In this document: one piece after another, positions 40,433 through 48,932 of the stretch | Position numbering within the stretch: position 1 is the stretch's first letter | Layout of the letters: the number at the start of each line of letters is the position of its first letter | Source: Spirochaetia bacterium | GTDB lineage: Bacteria; Spirochaetota; Spirochaetia; DSM-2461 | Reading direction: 5' to 3' | NCBI GenBank assembly: GCA_963668315.1 | Contig: OY764216.1 | Span: forward strand, 2,080,001-2,144,000 | Length of the DNA: 64,000 bases | Notes under the pieces: generated by a model | Database searches by the model: none | What the model saw: the letters and a program-made list of their open reading frames with translations, nothing else | Told to the model about the DNA's origin: nothing | Program-made: the position numbers and the translations under genes

Positions 40433-41672
40433 TACCGCTGGCCCAGGCCCCGGTTATCCCCCGGCTGGTACCCGCCCCGTCGCCGATCATCCAGATATTT
40501 CCTTTCACACGGAAAGAATCATCGATAAACTTGGGCTTATTGGCATAGAGCTTGATTTCCGGGTAATACATGATGGTGCTGGGGTGGAGTACTCCCGGGA
40601 TGATCGTATCCAGCTGCTTCATGGATTTCCAGATAGCCCGCAGAATCTTTCCGGGCATGACCAGGGAGATATCTCCCGGAGTGCAGTCCAAAGTCGGCTT
40701 GAAGCTGTAGAGATCCTCATTGAAGTTATGGCTCTTGGAGCGTTTTCCCATGCGGAAGTCTCCCACCCGCTGCATGATGGGCTTCCCGCCCCCCAGAAGG
40801 GCCGCCTGCTTGCCCAGCATTTCGGCATAATCCTGACCGCTGGCCAGGGGTTCGGTAAGTTTGACCGTCTTCAGCATGGCGAAGTTGACCAGGCCGTTGC
40901 TTTTTTTACGGGAGTAGGCGTGGCCGTTGACGCTGTAGTAGGTTTTGCCGTCCTGGCTTGTGTATTTTTCCCGGACCACATGGGCGCTTCCCGAATTGGT
41001 GCAGAATGTACGCACCTTCCCGGGAAAGTGAAATTTCGGGTCATAGTAATCCCTGACGATGGGGTAGTGGGGCTCTTCCGTCTCCACCCGGATTCCCACA
41101 TCCACGATATTGTCCACAAAGGGAATGGACAGGTTCTTCATTGCCGACTGGAGGAAGCGGAAACCCTTTCGGCCCGGGGCGATAATCAGCCTGTCAAAGC
41201 GTATCTCCTCCCCTTCCAGCTGAAGGGCGTCCTCCGATATATCAAGGACTTCCTTTCCCAGTTTTATCACCACGCCCATCTCTTCCAGACAGGAGGTCAG
41301 TTCCTTAATGAGTTCAAGGCCGCCGTCCGTTCCCAGATGGGCCTGCCTGATATCCAGAAGCTCCACATCAAGGGGGCGGCACCGCTTATGATAGACATCC
41401 AGATTCTGCTTCTCCTTGATCGGAGGATTCAGAAACTCCTCCACCCTTCCGAGGTAGTAGGATGCCTGATCCTTTTCCCAGTACTCCTGGGGAAATCCCA
41501 CGGGGTAGGTGAAATTCATCTTGCAGTCGTTTCTCAAGCCGCCGGTGGAGAATTTCTCCTTGTCGAGCATGAGAATCTTCTGCTTACTGTCCTTCTTAAG
41601 AAGCTCGAAGGCAGCCGCCAATCCGGCAGGGCCGGTACCTATGATTACGCAATCCCACTGTTTTTCGGTCAT
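40407..41672 (-). CDS. Uncharacterised NAD(P)/FAD-dependent oxidoreductase
   Basis: IIGTGPAG, HLGTD, VDVGIRVE, RTFCTN, GDGAGTSRGI. Confidence 0.88.
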   Translation of the reverse strand: MTEKQWDCVIIGTGPAGLAAAFELLKKDSKQKILMLDKEKFSTGGLRNDCKMNFTYPVGFPQEYWEKDQASYYLGRVEEFLNPPIKEKQNLDVYHKRCRPLDVELLDIRQAHLGTDGGLELIKELTSCLEEMGVVIKLGKEVLDISEDALQLEGEEIRFDRLIIAPGRKGFRFLQSAMKNLSIPFVDNIVDVGIRVETEEPHYPIVRDYYDPKFHFPGKVRTFCTNSGSAHVVREKYTSQDGKTYYSVNGHAYSRKKSNGLVNFAMLKTVKLTEPLASGQDYAEMLGKQAALLGGGKPIMQRVGDFRMGKRSKSHNFNEDLYSFKPTLDCTPGDISLVMPGKILRAIWKSMKQLDTIIPGVLHPSTIMYYPEIKLYANKPKFIDDSFRVKGNIWMIGDGAGTSRGITGAWASGIRAVEGMY

Positions 41673-41745
41673 AACATGCCATTGTACACTATTTGTCCCC
41701 TTTTGAAACAGGGAAAAATGCTTGCTCCGGAAAGGAATTCTCACT

Positions 41746-42711
41746 ATGCTTAAAGCAATGGTAAAAACGCGGATAGAAATATCCTCACCCTATGTAAAAA
41801 GTATTCATTACGGCGATATTCTGCCGGAAATCCTGTATCTCAAAAGAGTGTCCCCCGAAAAGGAGAGGGCGGCCTTCCCGGAGGAAAAACCTTCCCGGCG
41901 GCTTATCTTGGTATGTTATACCGCCCGGGGATGGCAGACCTGTCATGTGGGAGGCAAGTACTTTTATCTTCCGGAAGATCACTTTCTTTTCATTCCCCCG
42001 GGGGAGTCCCTTTCGGCGGGAGATAAGGCGGGGACGGACAGTAAATTGTATCTTATCGCCATCCGCCTGCCCGGAAAGGAGAGGGAAGGGGACTTTCTCG
42101 GACTTTCCCACGACGAAAGGGGAGGGCTATTCCTGCTGCTGTCGGAGATGGCTTCCCCCGTTATCCGTACGGACAGGTCCATGGGAGATGTGATGGAGAG
42201 CATCTACCGGAACAGCATGACCATGGCGACGGCCGATCAGGATAAACCGGTTCTTACCACGATCCGGGTGAAAAATCTTTACCGGGAACTTTTCCTTACC
42301 CTCTCCGAGGGAAGCCCTGTGCTGGGAAACGCCCTGGACAGTCTTATCGATTCGGTTCTGCCCCGCCTGCCCGAGGGAGGATATTCCCCCCTCATTGGAA
42401 GAGCTATCAGCCAGATGGCGGAAAACCTTTACGACGGCCTGACCCTCGTCAGCCTGGCCGACGGGGTGAATATATCCCTTAGCCGGTTCAAAGCCCGCTT
42501 CAGGGAAGAGACAGGCCTTTCCCCCCTGGAGTTCTACACCCGCCTCTCCATACAGAAGAGCCTGGTCCTCCTCCATCAGACCGATCATACGGTGGAAGTG
42601 ATTTCACGGGATCTGGGCTTTTCCTCACCCCGGTATTTTTCCACCATCTTCCAGAAGAATGTGGGAATGGAACCGGAGGAATTCCGGGGATGGAGGGGAC
42701 GTTTTTCCTGA
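41746..42711 (+). CDS. AraC-family transcriptional regulator
   Basis: Cupin-like N-terminus; SLSRFKARFREETG, LGFSSPRYFSTIF. Confidence 0.88.
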   Translation: MLKAMVKTRIEISSPYVKSIHYGDILPEILYLKRVSPEKERAAFPEEKPSRRLILVCYTARGWQTCHVGGKYFYLPEDHFLFIPPGESLSAGDKAGTDSKLYLIAIRLPGKEREGDFLGLSHDERGGLFLLLSEMASPVIRTDRSMGDVMESIYRNSMTMATADQDKPVLTTIRVKNLYRELFLTLSEGSPVLGNALDSLIDSVLPRLPEGGYSPLIGRAISQMAENLYDGLTLVSLADGVNISLSRFKARFREETGLSPLEFYTRLSIQKSLVLLHQTDHTVEVISRDLGFSSPRYFSTIFQKNVGMEPEEFRGWRGRFS

Positions 42712-42755
42712 AAGTCAGACGGGACGGCCGATAGGCGTAACCGGCCCGTTATAAA

Positions 42756-43145
42756 TCAGTCGTATTTGACAATGACCCCGGTGACATGGGCTGTGGCCGG
42801 CGCATAGAGCCCGAAGGTGATGCAGTTGATAAGTATATTGGTGAAGGATGCGGTATAGGTTATCTCCACATTCATGGCCGCATCTCCGGTGAACTTCTGA
42901 ATCTCCCTCTGAATCGCATCGTAGATGGCCGTATCCATGGCATCGGACGTCGCATTGAAGAGATTGGCCCCCCCGGAGGTTCCGAGAAACTCATGACAGG
43001 TCACTTTGATATCGAACTGGCCTACCGTGTCATAGGAGGGAATCTCCCGTGTCACCTGGCTTCCCGATAGCTGAAAGGTGGTGCATGATGCCAGAATCAT
43101 AAACAGAATACTGACAAGAATTACAGCTCTTTGAATCTTTTTCAT
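42756..43145 (-). CDS. Small lipoprotein
   Basis: AAGGAG SD; MKKIQR...ILASC lipobox. Confidence 0.75.
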   Translation of the reverse strand: MKKIQRAVILVSILFMILASCTTFQLSGSQVTREIPSYDTVGQFDIKVTCHEFLGTSGGANLFNATSDAMDTAIYDAIQREIQKFTGDAAMNVEITYTASFTNILINCITFGLYAPATAHVTGVIVKYD

Positions 43146-43261
43146 TGAAATAACTCCTTTACTAATAATCTTAAGAAGCTTTTCCCGGGGACGCAAATTT
43201 TTTCCCTTCAAATTTTTTTCCTGCTCCGGTACGGCTCCCTGACCCGGATAAACCCTATGCC

Positions 43262-43729
43262 CTATTTCAGATCTGTCAGTTTCATCTCCAGCCTGTTCTT
43301 CATGGGCACAAGGAACAGGATAACGATGAAAAGGGAATAGATAACGGAGCAGAGGGCTGTAGCCAGATTCCTTCCTATGACATCTACCGAAGATATATCG
43401 GACAGCATCATCATCAGGGCAAAAAAGAAGAGAAACACTCCGGAATAGAGATAGGATTTGACAGCGAAATCAAAAAAAATGATTCCCCTTTCCAGATCAT
43501 CCTTAGCAGGAATTCTCTTATCAAAGAACAGGCTGATATTTCCGGCTATCATTCTGAAAGAGTAGTTAAAGAGAATAATACCGAAGGGAAAAGTGACGAT
43601 CAGTATAAAGGCTTTTAAATCCCAGAATAATCCGACGGCGAAAACCGTAAAGTCTCTCATGGCAAAAATCATATAAGCCAGGAGCAATAGCTCAATAATC
43701 CCTATGATTCCCCATCTTCTCATTTTCAT
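43262..43729 (-). CDS. Multi-pass membrane protein, weakly MotA/TolQ/ExbB-like
   Basis: Hydrophobic helices; LMMMLSDISS..IGRNLATAL.S.IY resembles the MotA TM3-TM4 region. Confidence 0.55.
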   Translation of the reverse strand: MKMRRWGIIGIIELLLLAYMIFAMRDFTVFAVGLFWDLKAFILIVTFPFGIILFNYSFRMIAGNISLFFDKRIPAKDDLERGIIFFDFAVKSYLYSGVFLFFFALMMMLSDISSVDVIGRNLATALCSVIYSLFIVILFLVPMKNRLEMKLTDLK

Positions 43730-43989
43730 TTTTTTTCCTCTCCATTAATCGTTAAATTCTTGCAAATATACATTAAATCTTCCTTATACGCCTTTTGGTA
43801 TATGGATAGATCCAGTTTTGTCCTATTGCCCTGGGGAACAAGCAGCAATAGGGCAAAATTGATAATCAGGGCGACTTTCATGACTTTTTCTATACATTCG
43901 GTTATTCCTCCCTCTTTTTTTTCATGATTTATCTCTCTGTAATAATCCGTGAGTTTTTTTTCAGCTTCAGTTTTTCTCATATTTTTCAT
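43726..43989 (-). CDS. Small single-TM protein, putative anti-sigma factor
   Basis: Overlaps the 3' end of the ECF gene; one hydrophobic helix. Confidence 0.5.
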   Translation of the reverse strand: MKNMRKTEAEKKLTDYYREINHEKKEGGITECIEKVMKVALIINFALLLLVPQGNRTKLDLSIYQKAYKEDLMYICKNLTINGEEKK

Positions 43990-44470
43990 AGGCCGCCTTT
44001 AGCATTTTTCTGATATTTGACAAACGGTACTTAACCGTTCCCGCGGGGATCTGAAGAATTTCCCCTATGCTTCTGCACCGGAAATTCTCATAGTAATACA
44101 AATAGGATATATTTCTGTTGGTCCGATCCAGACTGTTCAGAAAACCCTTTACCCACTCCCTTTCCAGGCTGTTCATTAATTCCTCTTCCGGATTCAGACA
44201 GGGGGAAGCTATCTCATATTCCCCATCCAGGGATTCCACTGTTTTTCTGTACTTGATTTTGTCTATTGCTTTGTTGTATGCGACCTTATATAACCAGCTG
44301 ATATTCCATCGGAAACGGCTCTCCTGATTTTTCCTGTGTAATATTACGAGCACGTCCTGGATTATCTCCTCCACATCCTCTTCCTGGAAATTCCAGTTGT
44401 TTCTCAGAAAGTTTTTCAAGCGCAATGATAGGATTCTGTATGTTTCATCGGTATTCATTGGTGTCATCAT
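43967..44470 (-). CDS. ECF (sigma70 family) RNA polymerase sigma factor
   Basis: DVEEIIQDV, SWLYKVAYNKAID, IPAGTVKYRL. Confidence 0.9.
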   Translation of the reverse strand: MMTPMNTDETYRILSLRLKNFLRNNWNFQEEDVEEIIQDVLVILHRKNQESRFRWNISWLYKVAYNKAIDKIKYRKTVESLDGEYEIASPCLNPEEELMNSLEREWVKGFLNSLDRTNRNISYLYYYENFRCRSIGEILQIPAGTVKYRLSNIRKMLKAAYEKYEKN

Positions 44471-44477
44471 TTATATA

Positions 44478-44503
44478 TAACGATATCCTATAGTAAATGG
44501 TTG
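44478..44503 (-). promoter_or_regulatory. Putative ECF-type autoregulatory promoter
   Basis: Minus strand CAACC-N16-CGTTA, 7 nt before the sigma ATG. Confidence 0.45.
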
Positions 44504-44654
44504 GGTATTTTTTAATTAAATTAAGATAACCCCGGTTTAAGGATTAATCATCCCCTTCGCATGGACGGGGTGTATTCCCATTCTGTTGATTTTCCCATCA
44601 ACCTGAAGTAATATGAAGAAGGGGAATCCCCCATATTATTGCAGGAGAATTGTT

Positions 44655-45344
44655 ATGGAAGAAACAAGTTTGAACAGATATTTGGATCATGCCGTGCTCA
44701 AACCGGAAATGACCCGTGAAGAGGCCGTGGAGGCGATAAAACTGGGAATCGATTATAAAGTGAAGACCGTTTGTGTCAGACCCTGCGATATTTCTCTGGC
44801 CGCCGAAATGTGCAAAGGGACGGAGACGGAAGTTTCCTGTGTCCTCTCTTTTCCTCACGGAACGAATCCCTCCGCCGTAAAAGCCGAGGAAGCCCGTCAG
44901 TATATAGCCATGGGCACCGACGAAATCGATATGGTCGCCAACTACGGATATATCCGCTCCGGTCTCTGGGATGAAGTGGAGAAGGATATTAGAGCCGTAT
45001 CCGATGTGACCGTGCCGGCCGGCATTCCCCTCAAGGTCATATTCGAGACCTCCCAGCTGACCGGGGAGGAGATCAGCAAAACCGTGGAAATCTGTATCCG
45101 CGCCAAGGCGGATTTCGTGAAGACCTCCACCGGATTTTACGGTGAGGGCGCTACGGAGGAGGCAGTGAAAGTGATGGTGGACACCGCCGCGGGCCGCATC
45201 AAGATCAAGCCTTCCGGTGGAATCAGAACAAAGGAACAGGCCAGGAAATTTGTTTCCATGGGTGTCCACAGGCTGGGTAACGGCTACTCTTCGACAAAGG
45301 CGATTTGCGACGGGACGGAAAACACGTCGGAAGGATCGTACTGA
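44655..45344 (+). CDS. deoC: Deoxyribose-phosphate aldolase
   Basis: LDHAVLKP, FPHG, EIDMV, LKVIFET, FVKTSTGF, IKPSGGIR. Confidence 0.95.
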   Translation: MEETSLNRYLDHAVLKPEMTREEAVEAIKLGIDYKVKTVCVRPCDISLAAEMCKGTETEVSCVLSFPHGTNPSAVKAEEARQYIAMGTDEIDMVANYGYIRSGLWDEVEKDIRAVSDVTVPAGIPLKVIFETSQLTGEEISKTVEICIRAKADFVKTSTGFYGEGATEEAVKVMVDTAAGRIKIKPSGGIRTKEQARKFVSMGVHRLGNGYSSTKAICDGTENTSEGSY

Positions 45345-45347
45345 GGG

Positions 45348-45456
45348 AATAAAAGAAGAGCGACCGGACAAAAAGGGGATAGGAGAGAGAAGCTGTCCGG
45401 CCGCTCTGTAAAGTAAAAAGGAGAGAACAACGATTTGTTGCTCTGTTTTTCTGTCT
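45348..45456 (-). ncRNA. Candidate small RNA (two hairpins, anti-SD loop, U-rich end)
   Basis: ATGAAA-N17-TATATT upstream; 8-bp and 14-bp stems that pair fully only on the minus strand (G-U); loop CUUCUCUCUCCUAUCCCC. Confidence 0.45.
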
Positions 45457-45507
45457 AAAAAGAATATAGCCCATAATGTTTGCTATTTCATTTCAAAAAC
45501 ATTACAT

Positions 45508-47109
45508 CTATGAAATATTTCGGAGATGTTTTTTCCCATAGGGAACGGTGATCGTCAGCTGGACTCCTTCGCCCGGTTCTCCGCTGGCTTTAAAGGTTCC
45601 CCCTATCTCTTCAATGCGCCGGCCCATCATCGTCAGCCCGTTGCCTCTGTTCAGATCGGCGCATCCCTTGCCCGTGTCGGATATGATCATCCTCAAACGG
45701 TCCTCCCCGAAAAGCAGAATCAGATAGATGCGCTCGGCCCCCCCGTGCTTCAGAGAGTTGGTTATCCCCTCCTGGCAGCAACGGATCAGGTGGGAGACGA
45801 CGGGGGCGGGGAAGGGCTGTTCCTTGCCGCGGACGGTAAAGTCCAGAAGCCCCCTGCCCGAGAAATCCTCAATGGTCCGCTGAAGGGCTATGGAGAGAAT
45901 CTGATCCTCCCCGATCTCTCCCTCCAGGCTGCCCTTCAGTTCCGTCAGGCTTCCATCAAGGATCCGTGCCGATTCGGACAGGCAGCGCTTCCTCTCAGTC
46001 TTTCCCATATTCTCGAGGAGGGCCGTTCTCATGAGCATGATGATCTGTGTCAGAGAATGGCCCAGGATATCGTGGAGTTCACGGCGGGAATGGTTAAGCC
46101 ATTGGGCTTCCACGGCCTTGAGCTTTTCCCGGTTCTGCTCCTGTATCTCTTCAATGGTTTTTTCCAGACTGCTGTTCCGCCTGTCAAGATCGCAGGTCAG
46201 TCTTTCCCATTCGCTTATGTCGACGTAGTGGTAGAGGCGGTTCATGGGGGATTTATGGATTTTATGGATCCGGTAAACCCGCCCGCCGTACTCTACCCGT
46301 TTGAGGGGAACCGAATCGGGAGGGAGTATATGGGTCCTCAGGGGGCGGTTTTTCCTGTCGGTGAGGATCAGGGGATCTTCCATCCGGTTCAGCAGGGTGG
46401 AATGAGCCACGGGGAGCAGCCCCAGGAAGTGGGAGCGGTAGGCGGCCGTCGCGAAGAGGATAAGGGAGCCGGTCATCATCAGGGGAGTGATATCGAAAAG
46501 GGGATTGATGATGTCCATCAGATAAAACACATTGAACAGAAGGGGAATAAAAGCGGCCATTCCTATGAGAAAATCCCACCGGGAGCGGCTCCACTTGATA
46601 ACGGCCCTGAACGAAAGGGCGATGCTCAGGAGGATCAGCGCGTAGGTGTAAGCCGCTTGCACATAGAAAAGGGGGCCGAAGTCGTCATGATAGAAGTCGA
46701 AGGAAGAGTAGAAGCGGTAGTGCAGGGGGTTGGTCGCCATGATGAGAAAGAGCACCGAAGAGAGACCGCAGAGAATCCTTTGAACCGCCCGGGGAATTGT
46801 CCGGTGTAGGGCGAAGTGCCAGGAGAAGAAAAAGTAGAAGGGACCCAGAAAGCATATGGACAGATACTGGGTGGCGATAAAGAACCAGCGAAGCTCGATG
46901 GTGGGGGCCAGGGTCTTGCCTATCTTGCTGACGATCCAGAGGATGATCGCCCCCTGAAGGATAAGATAGCTGTTAAGAAGGGGGCCCTTATTGGCTTTGC
47001 GGAAAAAAAAGTAATTGACCGAGAGGCTTATGATCAGGGCTATGAAATGGTAGGATTCGGTGATGAATATGAAACGCATGTCATAGTCATCGGAAGGCAT
47101 GGGAATCAT
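45508..47109 (-). CDS. 7TM-N-terminal HisKA_3 sensor histidine kinase
   Basis: About 7 TM helices; RRELHDILGHSLT, QEGITNSLKHG, DTGKG, GNGL. Confidence 0.9.
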   Translation of the reverse strand: MIPMPSDDYDMRFIFITESYHFIALIISLSVNYFFFRKANKGPLLNSYLILQGAIILWIVSKIGKTLAPTIELRWFFIATQYLSICFLGPFYFFFSWHFALHRTIPRAVQRILCGLSSVLFLIMATNPLHYRFYSSFDFYHDDFGPLFYVQAAYTYALILLSIALSFRAVIKWSRSRWDFLIGMAAFIPLLFNVFYLMDIINPLFDITPLMMTGSLILFATAAYRSHFLGLLPVAHSTLLNRMEDPLILTDRKNRPLRTHILPPDSVPLKRVEYGGRVYRIHKIHKSPMNRLYHYVDISEWERLTCDLDRRNSSLEKTIEEIQEQNREKLKAVEAQWLNHSRRELHDILGHSLTQIIMLMRTALLENMGKTERKRCLSESARILDGSLTELKGSLEGEIGEDQILSIALQRTIEDFSGRGLLDFTVRGKEQPFPAPVVSHLIRCCQEGITNSLKHGGAERIYLILLFGEDRLRMIISDTGKGCADLNRGNGLTMMGRRIEEIGGTFKASGEPGEGVQLTITVPYGKKHLRNIS

Positions 47110-47753
47110 GGGGTACCTTCGTCTATCAGATTATTCTTGATGGCATAGACGGCTATCTGGGTACGCGCCTGGAGACTCATTTTATTCAGGATGGAGGATA
47201 CCCGGTTCTTGACGGTTCCTTCGGAGCAGTTCTCCCTCTGGGCTATCTCCTTGTTTCCCAGGCCTTCCGTTATGAGCCTGATGAATACCATGTCCCTTTC
47301 GGTCAGGCCCAGCTCCTCCCTCTTTTCCCTGTCCGGCCGGCTTTTTCTGGTTAGGTATTTGCCCGGATGGGGGTGATAGATATGCAGCCCTTCTCTGATG
47401 CCCTTCAGGGCCATGCGGAAAAGCTCCTGATCAATATCCTTCAGGAGAAAGCCGTCCGCCCCGATTTCCAGGGCTCTCTCTATCATATCGTCCTCGTCAA
47501 AGGTGGTGAGGAGAACGATCTTGCACCGGGGAAACCGCTTCCCGATAATTTCCCCCGCTTCGATGCCTCCCATGATGGGCATCCTGATATCCAGGAGGGC
47601 GATATCGGGGCTGTGGAGGCTGCACAGTTCCACCGCTTCCACGCCGTTGGAAGCGGTTCCGACTATGTTGAAGTCATCCCCTTCCGAGAGCAAGAGTCTG
47701 AGAGAGTCTCTTATCAGTTGTTGATCTTCCGCCAGAATGATGTTGATTCCCAT
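47106..47753 (-). CDS. NarL/LuxR-family response regulator
   Basis: AEDQ, LLDIRMP, LTTF, GFLLKD; LuxR HTH NKEIA...EGTVKNRVS. Confidence 0.95.
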   Translation of the reverse strand: MGINIILAEDQQLIRDSLRLLLSEGDDFNIVGTASNGVEAVELCSLHSPDIALLDIRMPIMGGIEAGEIIGKRFPRCKIVLLTTFDEDDMIERALEIGADGFLLKDIDQELFRMALKGIREGLHIYHPHPGKYLTRKSRPDREKREELGLTERDMVFIRLITEGLGNKEIAQRENCSEGTVKNRVSSILNKMSLQARTQIAVYAIKNNLIDEGTP

Positions 47754-48783
47754 AGTTATCTCCCTTTAATTCGTTTACCGCTTCCCTGATATGGGCCATG
47801 CTGTTCTCTGCATATTCCTGAAGTTTTCTTATATTGCCGGCCGAAAGGTCCTGCTCTTCCAGGCGGGATCTGAGAAGTGTCAGCTCTTCCTCCACCAGAT
47901 TCTGAATTTCATGGGAGATCCGTTCCCGTATCTCCTCCTCCTTCCTGAGAAGGGTGACATTGCCGCTCTCTTCACTCTGAAGAATCGTCCTGCGGTTGGT
48001 CAGCATCCGGTGCTTGTCCCTGAGTTCCGCCAGGAGGTTCTGTTCTTCCGTGATATCCAGAAGGGTCAGGAGGTAGCCCCTTTCTCCTTCGAGTGGGGAG
48101 AACCGGAAGGAGTAAGTGCCGGTTCCGTATTGAATCGTCCCCCTTTCCGGCCCTTCTCCCCCGAGACAATCCCTGAGGGAGTGCAGATCGTTATCCAATC
48201 CCTCCGAACCTTCGATAAGAGCGGAGAGAGAGCAGCCCGGAGTCACCAGATGGGAGGGAAAAATCTCTGTCCCTCCGGAAATGATGTTTCTGTTCCGGTC
48301 CAGAATCATAATGGATTCTCTGAGGGAGCGGATAATCCAGGACTGCTGATTTTTCCACGAATGGTCGTTTCGCTTCTCTCCGTAATATATGATCCTCGCC
48401 AGGACTCCGGAGGCGATGATGACGGGAAGTACCAGAGGATAGGGGGCAAGGAGTCTGCCTGTGCAGAGAACGAGACATCCCGCCGCGGAGAGGCAGTCCG
48501 CCCGGAAGGGCCTGAGCCGCCGCAGGGGTAGGAAAAGGAGTACCGACAGGGGAATCAGCATAAGACTCCCTGCGGTGAGTATGCGGACGGCCGCGGGAAA
48601 AGGACAGGCCGGAATCAGAGCCCGGGCGATAAGGAAAAGGAGAAAAAGTAACATCCCCAGACTTTTCAGCTCTTTGCCTTCCGTCAGAAGATCAATACAG
48701 GTAAATATAACGGGAAATACGATAAAAGATGTCAGCAGCAGGGGTAAGAATATCTCGTATACGTAGTAACTCTCCATATCCAA
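47674..48783 (-). CDS. Membrane protein with PAS-like domain and degenerate His-less HisKA_3 helix
   Basis: About 5 TM; LRESIMILDRNRNII...LTLLDITE PAS-like region; RERISHEIQN; no HATPase domain. Confidence 0.7.
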   Translation of the reverse strand: MDMESYYVYEIFLPLLLTSFIVFPVIFTCIDLLTEGKELKSLGMLLFLLFLIARALIPACPFPAAVRILTAGSLMLIPLSVLLFLPLRRLRPFRADCLSAAGCLVLCTGRLLAPYPLVLPVIIASGVLARIIYYGEKRNDHSWKNQQSWIIRSLRESIMILDRNRNIISGGTEIFPSHLVTPGCSLSALIEGSEGLDNDLHSLRDCLGGEGPERGTIQYGTGTYSFRFSPLEGERGYLLTLLDITEEQNLLAELRDKHRMLTNRRTILQSEESGNVTLLRKEEEIRERISHEIQNLVEEELTLLRSRLEEQDLSAGNIRKLQEYAENSMAHIREAVNELKGDNYGNQHHSGGRSTTDKRLSQTLALGRG

Positions 48784-48825
48784 AAGTATTATGTCCTAAA
48801 AAAGCATGTCTTACAAGATATATCT

Positions 48826-48900
48826 GTTACTTTTTTCATCCCCGTGAGTGACTTAAGTTACCGTGGTTTTTGGCCGATTTACCCTTCCCCGTGATATAAT
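48826..48900 (+). promoter_or_regulatory. Putative activator-dependent promoter with two imperfect palindromes
   Basis: GTTAC-N4-TTCAT (48826-48839) and GTGAC-N4-GTTAC (48848-48861), 22 bp apart; TGaTATAAT at 48892-48900 with a poor -35. Confidence 0.5.
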
Positions 48901-48932
48901 AAATAGTGAGAATATGTTTACAGGAGGAATAA

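Noticed and set aside
31837..41672. Two related FAD-dependent dehydrogenases near queG as a shared pathway
   Set aside because: They are on different strands and transcription units, and the family is common; proximity alone is not evidence.
44586..44640. Hairpins upstream of deoC (GTTGAT/ATCAAC; TAATATG..GGGG/CCCC..CATATTA)
   Set aside because: They are short stems that match no riboswitch I recognise, so support is insufficient.
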